The notes under the pieces are model-generated. The model was given only the letters and a program-made list of their open reading frames with translations, ran no database searches and was not told the DNA's origin. Source: Tepidamorphus sp. (lineage in GTDB: Bacteria > Pseudomonadota > Alphaproteobacteria > Rhizobiales > Tepidamorphaceae). Taken from it: a stretch of DNA of 64,000 nucleotides. Shown in pieces: positions 1 to 10,020 of the stretch. The stretch covers positions 7 to 64,006 of the forward strand of contig JANQKY010000114.1 of NCBI GenBank assembly GCA_028280885.1, in the 5' to 3' direction. Position numbers and translations under genes: made by a program. Numbering within the stretch: the stretch's first letter is position 1; each line of letters opens with the position of its first letter.

Positions 1-660
1 GCCTATCTGGTGCTGTCGACCGCGCTGATGCTGGCGCTGGGGTTAGGGCTCGCGCTGACATTCGCACGGTCGGGCACCGGCTGGATGCGGGCGATCGTCG
101 TCATGCCGCTGGTGATCCCGCCCGTGGTGGCGGGCTTCACCTGGCGGTTTCTGCTCAATGGCGAGATCGGCTTTCTCGGCGCCTTCCTGCTGCCGATGGC
201 CGGGCTCGACCTGAACCCGCTGGCCGAACCAAGAGCGGCGCTCGTCTCCGTCGTCATCGCCGATGTGTGGAGCCGCACGCCCTTCATGTTCCTGATCTTC
301 CTCGCCGCGCTGCAATCGATCCCGCGTGACTATTACGAGGCGGCGCGGATGGACGGCGCCAACCCGTTCCACGAGTTCTTCTTCGTCACGCTGCCGCTGT
401 TGAAGGGCGCCCTGTTCGTCGCGGTGATGTTCCGGCTGGTCGATGCCATCAACACGTTCGAACTGGTCTATGTGATGACGCGCGGCGGGCCGGGCCGGGC
501 GACGCAGATCCTGTCGATCTTCGGCTGGCGCACCGCCTTCCAGGAACTCGATTTCGGCCAGGCCGCGGCCCTTGGCGTCATCATGCTGGTCATCTGCCTG
601 ACCGGCGCCATGCTGCTGTTCCGCCGTTTCGTGCGCAGCGAGGCGGAGGCGGCCCGATGA
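1..660 (+). CDS. Carbohydrate ABC transporter permease (MalF/UgpA-like), 5' truncated by the window edge
   Basis: Hydrophobic ORF open from base 1; EAA loop YYEAARMDGAN; FELVYVMTRGGPG motif typical of CUT1 permeases. Confidence 0.9.
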   Translation, partial: AYLVLSTALMLALGLGLALTFARSGTGWMRAIVVMPLVIPPVVAGFTWRFLLNGEIGFLGAFLLPMAGLDLNPLAEPRAALVSVVIADVWSRTPFMFLIFLAALQSIPRDYYEAARMDGANPFHEFFFVTLPLLKGALFVAVMFRLVDAINTFELVYVMTRGGPGRATQILSIFGWRTAFQELDFGQAAALGVIMLVICLTGAMLLFRRFVRSEAEAAR

Positions 661-1487
661 GCGTTCCGCGCCGCCATGGCACGACGCTGGCCGTCATCCG
701 CTGGGGCTTCCTCGGCACGGTCCTGGTCTTCGTCATCTTCCCGCTGGTCTGGCTGGGGCTTGCCTCGCTGAAGACGCGGGCGGCCGCGCTCGACGTGCCG
801 CCGACGCTGATCTTCACGCCCGATTTCACCGCTTACGAAAAGATCTTCGCCTCCGGGCTGATCGATGCCTTCGCCAATTCCTTCCTGATCGCCATCACCA
901 ATGTCGTGCTGTCGCTGGTGATCGGCGTGCCGGCGGCCTATGCGCTGGCGCGGATGCGCGGCGCGGTGCAGGAGAACCTGAGCTTCTGGGTCCTGTCGAT
1001 CCGCCTCGCGCCGCTGTTTGCGATCATCCTGCCGCTCTATGTGCTGTTCCAGCGGATGGGCCTGCTCGACACGCGCCTTGCCGTCGCGCTCGCCCATCTG
1101 ACGCTAACCCTGCCGCTCTCGGTCTGGCTGTTGATGACCTACTTTCGCGCCCTGCCGGTCGATCTCGACGAGGCCGCCATGCTCGACGGCGCCAAGCCCT
1201 GGCAGACGCTCTGGATGGTGGTCGTGCCGATCGCCCGGCCGATGATCGCCTCGGTCGCCGTCATCGTCTTCATCTTCTCCTGGAACGAGTTCCTGCTCGC
1301 CTTCTTCCTGACCGCGCGCGATGCGCAGACGGTGCCCGTCGTCGTTGCGGGGCTCGCCGGCACGATGAGTTTCGACTGGCCGCTGATCGCCGCGATCTCG
1401 ATCTGCTCGATGGTGCCGGCGCTGATCTTCGTCGGCTTCGCCCAGCGCCACATCGTCGAGGGACTGGCCAGCGGAGCGGTGAAATGA
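657..1487 (+). CDS. Carbohydrate ABC transporter permease (MalG-like)
   Basis: LDEAAMLDGA EAA loop, FIFSWNEF motif, ATGA overlap with upstream permease. Confidence 0.92.
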   Translation: MSVPRRHGTTLAVIRWGFLGTVLVFVIFPLVWLGLASLKTRAAALDVPPTLIFTPDFTAYEKIFASGLIDAFANSFLIAITNVVLSLVIGVPAAYALARMRGAVQENLSFWVLSIRLAPLFAIILPLYVLFQRMGLLDTRLAVALAHLTLTLPLSVWLLMTYFRALPVDLDEAAMLDGAKPWQTLWMVVVPIARPMIASVAVIVFIFSWNEFLLAFFLTARDAQTVPVVVAGLAGTMSFDWPLIAAISICSMVPALIFVGFAQRHIVEGLASGAVK

Positions 1488-2221
1488 GCGCGCCGGATCA
1501 TTTGGAGACTGCGGGCCATGTGGTGATCACCGGCACCGCCGGCGGCATCGGTGCAGCGCTTGCGGCGTATTTTTTAAGCCTCGGCTGGACCGTCACGGGC
1601 ATTGACAGAGAACCGGGGCCGGCCGGTTTCAACACGATCGAGGCCGACATCACCGACGAGGCGGCGATGGAGGACGCCTTCGCGCGCGCTGCCGAAACCG
1701 CGCCGATCTCAGCGGTCATTGCCAATGCCGCGGTCACCGATCTCGACCATCACGGCGTCATCGACATGCCCTATGACACCTGGCGCAGGGTGCTGAGGGT
1801 CAATGTCGACGGCGCCTTCCTGACCGCCCGCTGCGCTGCCCGGCACATGCAGAAGACGGGCGGTGGCAACATCGTCTTCGTCACCTCTTCGCTTGCCCGC
1901 CTGAGCGATGCCCAGGCCGGCGACGCGCCCTATTGCGCGTCCAAGGCCGCCGTCGAGATGCTGACCCGCGTTCTGGCCATCGAACTCGCGCCGCTTGGCA
2001 TCAACGTCAATACGCTGTTTCCTTCCGTCATGATCGACACCGGATTCTTCGCCCATTGGTCCAGGCAGGAGCGCACGCGCCTGGCGCCGCCGTCGCTGCT
2101 CAACGAGACCGCGCGCTTCCTGGCAACTTTGCCGTCGGGCGCTGCGACGGGCCGCTCGCTCGATCAGCAGCGCTGGGACGACGATCCTGCCTATCGGTCA
2201 GGCTGGGAGGTGACCGCATGA
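1484..2221 (+). CDS. Short-chain dehydrogenase/reductase (SDR)
   Basis: TGTAGGIG Rossmann motif, ANAA, catalytic YCASK. Confidence 0.9.
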   Translation: MSAPDHLETAGHVVITGTAGGIGAALAAYFLSLGWTVTGIDREPGPAGFNTIEADITDEAAMEDAFARAAETAPISAVIANAAVTDLDHHGVIDMPYDTWRRVLRVNVDGAFLTARCAARHMQKTGGGNIVFVTSSLARLSDAQAGDAPYCASKAAVEMLTRVLAIELAPLGINVNTLFPSVMIDTGFFAHWSRQERTRLAPPSLLNETARFLATLPSGAATGRSLDQQRWDDDPAYRSGWEVTA

Positions 2222-2979
2222 CCCGCTGGATCGACGCGCGCGGCGCCACGATGGACGAGATCGCCGCCTTTGCCGAGGACTATCCGTTCGCGATCCTGCC
2301 CGTCGGCTCCTTCGAGCAGCACGGACCGCATCTGCCGCTCGACACCGACAACCGCATCGCCGAGGCGATGGCGCTCGAAACCGCCAGGCGCAGCGTCGGC
2401 CTGGTGCTGCCGGTGCTCAATGTCGGCTATGCCTGGGTCTGGCGCGGCAAGCCCGGCACGCTGACCTTCCGGGCCGACACCTATATGGCGATCATCCGCG
2501 ACATCGCCGAAAGCCTCGAAGGCTGGGGCATCAAGGCGCTGTTCGTGCTGTCGGCGCACGGCTCCAACCCGCAGACGGTCAAGCACGCCATCCGCGAACT
2601 GATCCACGAAAGACACGATATCGCCGTTCTCAACAGCCTCTATGCGGGCCTCGGCGAGATGCTGGCCGAGTGCGAGTCCCGGCGCTGGCACAACGACATC
2701 CACGCCGAGGAGGTCGAGACCGCGCTGATGCTGGCGATCGCGCCGGAGCTTGTCCGCATGGACCGCGCGGCGGCAGACTATCCGCCGGTGCCGGACCATT
2801 ACGGCAAGTCGGAGCTGTCCATGGGCCACCTGATGCGCTCCGGCGTGTTCGGCGATCCGACGCCGGCAACGGGGGAAAAGGGCCGCCGTTGGCTTGAGAT
2901 CGGCGGCCGCCGGTCGGCCGATCTCTGGCTCGGCTATCTCGCCGACAAGGGGCTCTACGATCCCGGGGACCGTTCGTGA
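2218..2979 (+). CDS. Creatininase-family amidohydrolase
   Basis: EQHGPHLPLDTD, AHGSN and HAEEVET metal motifs; GVFGDP C-terminal motif; ATG at 2218 overlaps the SDR stop (the listed 1933 start is an upstream extension). Confidence 0.88.
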   Translation: MTRWIDARGATMDEIAAFAEDYPFAILPVGSFEQHGPHLPLDTDNRIAEAMALETARRSVGLVLPVLNVGYAWVWRGKPGTLTFRADTYMAIIRDIAESLEGWGIKALFVLSAHGSNPQTVKHAIRELIHERHDIAVLNSLYAGLGEMLAECESRRWHNDIHAEEVETALMLAIAPELVRMDRAAADYPPVPDHYGKSELSMGHLMRSGVFGDPTPATGEKGRRWLEIGGRRSADLWLGYLADKGLYDPGDRS

Positions 2980-4451
2980 CCACGCAGCGTCGGTTCGGCA
3001 TGGGCCATCTGGGGATCGATCTGGGCACATCCGCGGTCAAGGTCCTGGTCCTTGACGACGACGGCCGGGCACTGGCCCGCACCCGCCAAGCCTATCCAAC
3101 CCATGCAGCCCATCCGGGCTGGGCCGAACAATCGCCCGCCGACTGGTGGCGCGCGGTGTGCGCGGCAACGCGGGAAGCCGTTTCCCTTGCCGGGGTCGAG
3201 ATCGCATCGGTCGGCCTGTCCGGCCAGCTCAACGGCTTTGTCCTGCTCGACAGGCGGATGCAGCCGCTTGCCGACGCCATCATCTGGCTCGATGTCCGCG
3301 CCGGACGCCAAGCCTCGTGGCTGGCTGAAATGGCCGATTTTCCGGCGCTCACCGGCAATGCGCTGAGCGCGATCTGCGTCCTGCCGAAGCTCGCCTGGCT
3401 CGGCGCCGAGCGTCCCGACCTGCTGGAGCGGACGCACCGGATTGCCCTTGCCAAGGACTACGTCCTGCTGCGGCTGACCGGCGAACTCGCGACCGACCCC
3501 TCCGATGCCCAGTCGACGGCGATGGCCGAGGCGGGCGGCAAGGCCTGGTCTGCTATGCTTGCCGGGCTGGCCGGCATCGACCCGTCGATCCTGCCGCCGA
3601 TCCAGCCCTCTGCCGCGCTTGCGGGAATCGTCAGCGCCGAGGCGGCCGCGGCGACCGGCCTTGCGCCCGGCACCCCCGTTGCCACGGGCGCGGGCGATGT
3701 CGCCGCGCTCGCCGTCGGTTGCGGCGTGGTGGCGCGGGGTCGAACGACCCTGACGCTGGGCACGGCCGGCCATGTCGTCGCCGAGGCGACCGCGCCGCGT
3801 CCCGAACCCGATGGCGGGCTCTGGCAGATCCCGCACGGCATCTTCGGCCGCGGTCTCTGGCTCGGCCTCATCATGAGCGGCGGGCTCAGCCTGTCCTGGC
3901 TCCGCGCGATCCTCGGCGTTTCGCAGCCGCCCGATTTCGAAACGCTGGAGCGGCTTGCCGCCGCCGCTCCCGCCGGCGCGGACGGGGCGACCTTCCTGCC
4001 GTTTCTGGAGGGCGCGGCGACGCCCTATAACCGGCCGGACGTGCGGGGTGCCTTCCTTGGCCTGTCCTCGGCCCATGGCACAGGCCATCTTGTCCGCGCG
4101 GTGATGGAGGGCGTGGCCTTCAACGCGCGCGACTGCGTCGAGGCGCTGGAGGCAGCCGGCACCGCAAGCGAGGCGGTGTCCATCGCCGAGGGCGGCGCGC
4201 AGTCGGCGCTGTGGTGCCGGATCGTTGCCGATGTCCTCGGCCGCCCGGTCAGGCGGATCACCGAGCGCGATACCTCGGCGGCCGGTGCGGCAATCCTTGG
4301 CCAGGCAGCCGTGACCGGCGGGTCGGTTGCCGAGATTGCCGGGCGCATGGTGGCGACGGATCGCCTGTTCGAGCCCGACGCGGAGCGCACATCGACGCTC
4401 GATGACGCCTATCGGCGCTACCGGGACAAGTGCGCCAGGGCCATCCTGTAG
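2976..4451 (+). CDS. FGGY-family sugar kinase (xylulokinase-like)
   Basis: LGIDLGTSAVK, WAEQSP, GAGD, LTLGT, RAVMEGVAF motifs; alternative ATG at 3000. Confidence 0.88.
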   Translation: MTTQRRFGMGHLGIDLGTSAVKVLVLDDDGRALARTRQAYPTHAAHPGWAEQSPADWWRAVCAATREAVSLAGVEIASVGLSGQLNGFVLLDRRMQPLADAIIWLDVRAGRQASWLAEMADFPALTGNALSAICVLPKLAWLGAERPDLLERTHRIALAKDYVLLRLTGELATDPSDAQSTAMAEAGGKAWSAMLAGLAGIDPSILPPIQPSAALAGIVSAEAAAATGLAPGTPVATGAGDVAALAVGCGVVARGRTTLTLGTAGHVVAEATAPRPEPDGGLWQIPHGIFGRGLWLGLIMSGGLSLSWLRAILGVSQPPDFETLERLAAAAPAGADGATFLPFLEGAATPYNRPDVRGAFLGLSSAHGTGHLVRAVMEGVAFNARDCVEALEAAGTASEAVSIAEGGAQSALWCRIVADVLGRPVRRITERDTSAAGAAILGQAAVTGGSVAEIAGRMVATDRLFEPDAERTSTLDDAYRRYRDKCARAIL

Positions 4452-4457
4452 GGCCCG

Positions 4458-4703
4458 TCAGCTATTGGGCGGAACCGATAGCGTCTCGACCTCTCTTTCC
4501 GCCTTGTCCCGCAGGGCGGTCACGGCGCCGTAGGTGGCGACGCAATAGGGCACGAGATAGGTCAGGGCGCATTTCAGCAGGTCGACCGATTCCGAATTCA
4601 TTATCCGGTCGCCCTGGTTGATCAGATTGAGCACGGTTCCGACGACAAGGGCGACGATCAGCGATCGCCTGGCGATATCCGGCCTGAAGATCGTGCTGAG
4701 CAT
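4458..4703 (-). CDS. Small membrane protein, NrtS-like
   Basis: 81 aa, two hydrophobic segments; VALVVGTVLNLINQGD and LTYLVPYCVATYG match the recalled NrtS family pattern. Confidence 0.6.
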   Translation of the reverse strand: MLSTIFRPDIARRSLIVALVVGTVLNLINQGDRIMNSESVDLLKCALTYLVPYCVATYGAVTALRDKAEREVETLSVPPNS

Positions 4704-4803
4704 GCGTTCCCCCGTTCAGATCTGGCTTGCCGAAAATAGGCGGTTGCCCGGACAGGGGCCAGTTCGTACCGTTCACAAAACCGGCAGCGGGATGGCGGCG
4801 CTC

Positions 4804-5310
4804 CTATCGCCGGCCGTCGGACGCCACCGCCAGCCGCGCCGTGACGCCGCCCGTGTCCTTGACCGCCTCCATCGACACATAGGTCGACGTATTGGCGACA
4901 TGCGGCAGCGCCGAGATCTTCTCGCCCAGGACGCGGCGATAGCTGGCGATGTCGCGGGTGCGGACCTTCAGCAGATAATCGAACGGCCCGGCGATCATGT
5001 GGCACTGCTCGACCTCGATGAGCCCGCCCACCGCCGCGTTGAACGCCGACAGCGCCGCCTCGGTCGTGTCGCTCAGCTTGACCTCGACGAAGGCGACATG
5101 CTCGCGGCCGACGCGGCGCGGATCGATAACGGCCCTGAAGCCGCGGATGACGCCGCTTGCGACAAGCCGCTTGAGCCGCGCCTGGCACGGCGTCTTGGTG
5201 AGCCCCACCCGGCCGGCCAGCGTCGTCACCGGCATCCGGCCGTCGCGGCTCAATTCATCGAGGATCCGCCGGTCGTAGCGATCCAAATCGTCTTCACTGT
5301 CGTCATTCAT
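4804..5310 (-). CDS. putR: Lrp/AsnC-family regulator, PutR-like
   Basis: LDRYDRRIL..DGRMPV..LAGRVGLTKTPCQARLKRL HTH, AsnC C-terminal domain, divergent from putA; ATG at 5310 (TTG at 5316 possible). Confidence 0.85.
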   Translation of the reverse strand: MNDDSEDDLDRYDRRILDELSRDGRMPVTTLAGRVGLTKTPCQARLKRLVASGVIRGFRAVIDPRRVGREHVAFVEVKLSDTTEAALSAFNAAVGGLIEVEQCHMIAGPFDYLLKVRTRDIASYRRVLGEKISALPHVANTSTYVSMEAVKDTGGVTARLAVASDGRR

Positions 5311-5410
5311 GAGCAATTTCTCTGAAAAATACGAATTTTGTCGATCATAATGACTACTTTGGCGCGATCAACAGGCAACATGATCATGACGATTGCGCTA
5401 AGCTTTCATC

Positions 5411-8400
5411 ATGACCAGCATCGATCAGGCCCCCGATGATCCGCTCGCCGCCGCTCGCCGTGACATCGCCCGCACGCACCTCCTTGACGAGGCCGAAATC
5501 CTCGCCGAACTGGCGGCCCGCGCGCCGATCGGCGACGACCTTCGCCGCGCGGCCCACGTCCGCGCAACGGCGCTCGTGCGCGACGTCCGGGTAAGCGATA
5601 CGCCCGGCCTGATGGAGGTGTTCCTGGCCGAATACGGCCTGTCGACGGATGAGGGCATCGCGCTGATGTGCCTGGCCGAGTCGCTTCTGCGCGTACCCGA
5701 TGCCGACACGATGGACGCGCTGATCGAGGACAAGATCGCCCCGTCCGCCTGGGGCGCGCATCTGGGCCGGTCCGCATCGCCGCTGGTCAATGCCTCGACC
5801 TGGGCGCTGATGCTGACCGGCAACGTGCTGCGCTCGCCGCCCGAGGGCGGCTTCGCGTCGGTCATGCGCGGCGCGGTCAAGCGGCTCGGCGAACCGGTGA
5901 TCCGGACCGCCGTCAAGCAGGCGATGCGCGAGCTTGGCCGGCAATTCGTGCTGGGCCGGACGATCGGCGAGGCGATGGAGCGCGGCGCCGGCATGGAGGC
6001 AAAAGGCTTCACCTATTCCTACGACATGCTCGGCGAGGCCGCGCTGACCATGGCCGACGCGGACAGCTATTTCGCCGCCTATGCGGGTGCCATCGACGCG
6101 ATCGCCACCGCCGCAACCAGTGACACTGTGAAGGACAATCCGGGCATCTCGATCAAGCTGTCGGCGCTGCATCCGCGCTACGAGCAGCCGCAGCGCAAGC
6201 GCGTGCTCGACGAACTGGTGCCCCGCGTCGGCGACCTGGCGCGCCGGGCAGCCAGCGCCAGTATCGGGCTCAACATCGATGCCGAGGAAGCCGCCCGGCT
6301 CGACCTGTCGCTGGACGTCATCGAACGGGTGATCGCCGATCCGGCGCTTGCCGGCTGGGACGGCTTCGGCGTCGTGGTCCAGGCCTATGGCAAGCGGGCC
6401 TTCGCGGTCATCGACTGGCTCGATGCCCTTAGCCGCGGCCACGACCGCCGCATCATGGTGCGGCTCGTCAAGGGCGCCTATTGGGACAGCGAGATCAAAT
6501 GGGCGCAGGTCGCGGGCCTCGCCGGCTTTCCCGTCTTCACCCGCAAGCCGGCGACCGATGTCGCCTACCTGCATTGCGCCGGGCATCTGATGGACCGGAC
6601 CGACCGGATCTATCCGCAATTCGCCACGCACAACGCCCATTCGGTCGCCGCGATCCTCGAAATGGCCCATGAATTGGGCGCGGACAGGGACCGCTACGAA
6701 TTCCAGCGCCTGCATGGCATGGGCGAGAGCCTGCACACCCGCGTCCTGCAGACCGAGGGGACGCGCTGCCGCATCTATGCGCCGGTCGGCGCGCATCGCG
6801 ACCTGCTCGCCTATCTGGTGCGGCGGCTTCTTGAGAACGGCGCCAACTCGTCCTTCGTCAACCAGATCATCGACACATCCGTGCCGCCGGAGGTGGTCGC
6901 CGCCGATCCGTTCGACGCGCTGGCGAGCGCGCCGGAGCGGCAGGTGCGCCGCCCGGCCGACCTGTTCGCGCCCGACCGGGTCAATGCCAAGGGGTTCGAT
7001 CTGACCGATCCGGCCGATATCGCGCGGATCGAGGCCGCGCGGGATCCGTGGGCGGACCGACACTGGCAGGCCGCGCCGCTGCTCGCCGAGGACCGTCAGG
7101 AGGACGGTCGTAGACCGGTCGACATCGCAAACCCCGCCCGGCCCGATGACCTGGTCGGCACCGTGCATCAGGCATCGCCCGCCGATATCGAGACGGCGCT
7201 CGCCGCCGCCGCACCCTGGGACGTGTCCGTCACCGAGCGGGCCACGATCCTCAACGCCGCCGCCGATCTCTACGAGGCGAATTTCGGTGAACTCTTCGCG
7301 ATCCTGACCCGCGAGGCCGGCAAGATCACCGAGGACACGATCGCCGAACTGCGCGAGGCGGTCGACTTCCTGCGTTACTATGCGGCGCAGGCAAAGAAGA
7401 CACCCGAGGCCGAACCGGTCGGGGCCTTCGCCTGCATCTCGCCCTGGAACTTTCCGCTGGCGATTTTCACCGGCCAGATCGCCGCGGCGCTTGCCGCCGG
7501 CAACGCGGTGATCGCAAAGCCGGCTGAATCAACGCCGCTGATTGCCTTCCGCGCCGTGGAACTGCTGCACGAAGCCGGCGTGCCGCGCGTTGCTCTGCAA
7601 CTGCTGCCGGGCACCGGCGGCAGGGTCGGGGCGGCGATCACATCGGACCCGCGCATCGGCGGCGTCTGCTTCACCGGCTCGACGGCGACGGCACAGACCA
7701 TCAACCGCGCCATGGCGGCAGGGCTCGCGCCGGGCGCGCCGCTGATCGCCGAGACCGGCGGCATCAACGCGATGATCATCGATTCGACCGCCCTGCCCGA
7801 GCAGGCGGTGCGCGACATCATCGTCTCCGCCTTCCGCTCGGCGGGCCAGCGCTGCTCGGCCCTGCGCGTTCTCTATCTGCAGGAGGACATCGCCGAGACC
7901 TTCCTCACCATGCTGTTCGGCGCCATGGACGAACTTGCAATCGGCGATCCCTGGACGCTTGAAACCGATATCGGCCCGGTGATCGACGCGCGGGCGCGTA
8001 ACGACATCACCGGCTATATCGATACCGCCGAGAAGGCCGGCAGGCTGATGAAGCGGTTCACCGTCCCCGATCGGGGCACCTTCGTTTCCCCGGCGGTGAT
8101 CCGGGTAAACGGCATCGCCGAGGTCGCCCGCGAGGTGTTCGGCCCGGTGCTGCATGTCGCGACCTTCAGGGCCGATGAGGTCGACCGCGTGACGGCGGCG
8201 ATCAACGCCACCGGCTACGGCCTCACCTTCGGGCTTCATACGCGCATCGACGATAGGGTCGAGCAGATCACCTCGGCGATCCATGCGGGCAACATCTATG
8301 TCAACCGCAACCAGATCGGCGCGATTGTCGGCTCGCAGCCCTTCGGCGGCGAGGGCCTATCCGGAACCGGTCCGAAGGCCGGCGGCCCGCTCTACCTGAA

Positions 8401-8935
8401 CCGGTTCCAAGGGCAGGCGGGTGTCGAGGCGCCCTCAGTCGATGGCGCGGCGGCCGATCCGGCGGAGATTCAGAGCAGGATCGACCGGCTGCGCGCCGGG
8501 ATTGCCGCCGGCGCCCGAGACATCCGCGATCTGCCCGGCCCGACGGGGGAATCGAACCGCTGGTCGGTCCATCCGCGTGGGCTCGTCCTCTGCCTTGGCC
8601 CATCGCTTGCGGACGCGCAGGACCAGGCGCGTCAGGCCGAAGCGGCCGGCTGCGCGGCGCTGATCGTCGCGCCGGGGGCATCGGGTGCAAATGGGATCGA
8701 GGGCGTTCTGGAACCGGATGCGCTTAAAGCCTTGCAGCGCATCGACGCGGTTGCCTGGTGGGGCGATGCATCGACCACGCGCGCTCTGCGAACCGCGCTT
8801 GCCGGGCGCGACGGCCCGATTGTCCCGCTCGCCACCGGGCGCGACATCGCGCCCTTCTGCGTCATCGAACGGCATGTCTGCATCGACACCACGGCTGCCG
8901 GCGGCAATGCCTCGCTGCTGGCCGAAATGAGCTGA
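5411..8935 (+). CDS. putA: Bifunctional proline dehydrogenase / P5C dehydrogenase
   Basis: SYDMLGEAA, VRLVKGAYWD, QFATHN, YLVRRLLENGANSSF (PRODH); ISPWNFP, ETGG, GQRCSALR (ALDH); C-terminal IDTTAAGGNASL. Confidence 0.97.
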   Translation: MTSIDQAPDDPLAAARRDIARTHLLDEAEILAELAARAPIGDDLRRAAHVRATALVRDVRVSDTPGLMEVFLAEYGLSTDEGIALMCLAESLLRVPDADTMDALIEDKIAPSAWGAHLGRSASPLVNASTWALMLTGNVLRSPPEGGFASVMRGAVKRLGEPVIRTAVKQAMRELGRQFVLGRTIGEAMERGAGMEAKGFTYSYDMLGEAALTMADADSYFAAYAGAIDAIATAATSDTVKDNPGISIKLSALHPRYEQPQRKRVLDELVPRVGDLARRAASASIGLNIDAEEAARLDLSLDVIERVIADPALAGWDGFGVVVQAYGKRAFAVIDWLDALSRGHDRRIMVRLVKGAYWDSEIKWAQVAGLAGFPVFTRKPATDVAYLHCAGHLMDRTDRIYPQFATHNAHSVAAILEMAHELGADRDRYEFQRLHGMGESLHTRVLQTEGTRCRIYAPVGAHRDLLAYLVRRLLENGANSSFVNQIIDTSVPPEVVAADPFDALASAPERQVRRPADLFAPDRVNAKGFDLTDPADIARIEAARDPWADRHWQAAPLLAEDRQEDGRRPVDIANPARPDDLVGTVHQASPADIETALAAAAPWDVSVTERATILNAAADLYEANFGELFAILTREAGKITEDTIAELREAVDFLRYYAAQAKKTPEAEPVGAFACISPWNFPLAIFTGQIAAALAAGNAVIAKPAESTPLIAFRAVELLHEAGVPRVALQLLPGTGGRVGAAITSDPRIGGVCFTGSTATAQTINRAMAAGLAPGAPLIAETGGINAMIIDSTALPEQAVRDIIVSAFRSAGQRCSALRVLYLQEDIAETFLTMLFGAMDELAIGDPWTLETDIGPVIDARARNDITGYIDTAEKAGRLMKRFTVPDRGTFVSPAVIRVNGIAEVAREVFGPVLHVATFRADEVDRVTAAINATGYGLTFGLHTRIDDRVEQITSAIHAGNIYVNRNQIGAIVGSQPFGGEGLSGTGPKAGGPLYLNRFQGQAGVEAPSVDGAAADPAEIQSRIDRLRAGIAAGARDIRDLPGPTGESNRWSVHPRGLVLCLGPSLADAQDQARQAEAAGCAALIVAPGASGANGIEGVLEPDALKALQRIDAVAWWGDASTTRALRTALAGRDGPIVPLATGRDIAPFCVIERHVCIDTTAAGGNASLLAEMS

Positions 8936-9060
8936 GGACGGCGGGAGCCGGATCGAACGCCTTTAGTTTGAACCCGGCCCATGTATCATTCGTCTATTCC
9001 ATGTTGTTCTGAAACGCCGTCCGCTCGACTGTTCGGTCGATTTCACCGGAGACCGAAAGC

Positions 9061-10014
9061 TTGACGTCCTATTCCCCGCCTTCACGGCCTGACATTCACA
9101 GCCCGCGCTATACCGGGCTTGCCACCTTCATGCGGGCGCCGCTGGCCGACCGGCTGGAAGACGTCGACATCGCGATCGCCGGGATCCCCTATGACGGCGC
9201 GCTGACCAACCGGCCGGGCGCCCGGCACGGCCCGCGCGAGGTGCGCAACCAGTCGAGCCTGATGCGGGCGATCAATCACGCCACCCGCGTCAACCCCTAT
9301 GAGCTCTGCCGCATCGCCGATGTCGGCGACGTGCCGTTCACCTCGGTGTTCGATATCGAGCACACCCATGCGGAGATCACCGCTTTCTTAAGCCGCATCG
9401 TTAAGGCCGGTGCCCTGCCGCTGTGCTGCGGCGGCGATCATTCCGTCAGCCTGCCCGTGCTACGGGCGGTCGCCGGGACGCCGGTGGCGCTCATCCATAT
9501 CGACGCCCACACCGATACGTGGGACAGTTTCCAAGGCTCCAAGTTCAACCATGGCGCACCCTTCCGCCGCGCCCATGAAGAAGGCCTGATCGACGCGGCG
9601 AAGACCGTGCAGATCGGCATTCGCGGCGCCCAGAACGTCTCCGCCGGCTGGGACTATTCCGACCAGGCCGGCATGCGGGTGATGTTCATCGAGGAGGTCA
9701 AGGCGCGGGGCATCGCCGCCGTGGTCGAGGAAACCCGCGGCATCATCGGCGATATGCCGGTCTACATGACCTTCGATATCGACAGCATCGACCCCGCCTT
9801 CGCGCCGGGCACGGGCACGCCGGAGATCGCCGGGCTGACCACGCCGGAGGCGATGGAGCTGATCCGTGGCCTGCGCGGGCTCAATTATGTCGGCGCCGAC
9901 ATGGTCGAGGTCTCGCCGCCCTTCGATATCGGCGGCCTGACGGCGCTGACCGGCGCGACCGTGATGTACGAGATCCTCTGCCTGTTGGCCGAGGCGCGGG
10001 CGAAGGAAGCCTGA
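9061..10014 (+). CDS. Ureohydrolase (agmatinase / guanidinopropionase GpuA-like)
   Basis: GGDHS, DAHTD, FDIDSIDPAFAPGTGTP Mn-binding motifs; GARHGPREVRN resembles recalled GpuA; TTG start after GGAG. Confidence 0.88.
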   Translation: MTSYSPPSRPDIHSPRYTGLATFMRAPLADRLEDVDIAIAGIPYDGALTNRPGARHGPREVRNQSSLMRAINHATRVNPYELCRIADVGDVPFTSVFDIEHTHAEITAFLSRIVKAGALPLCCGGDHSVSLPVLRAVAGTPVALIHIDAHTDTWDSFQGSKFNHGAPFRRAHEEGLIDAAKTVQIGIRGAQNVSAGWDYSDQAGMRVMFIEEVKARGIAAVVEETRGIIGDMPVYMTFDIDSIDPAFAPGTGTPEIAGLTTPEAMELIRGLRGLNYVGADMVEVSPPFDIGGLTALTGATVMYEILCLLAEARAKEA

Positions 10015-10020
10015 CGCACT

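Noticed and set aside
1933-2217. Extended N-termini in the ORF track (e.g. starts 1933, 13709, 14548, 15183, 23240, 27378, 35920, 39631, 63653)
   Set aside because: Most overlap neighbouring genes; downstream ATGs with RBS or stop-start coupling fit the family domain boundaries.
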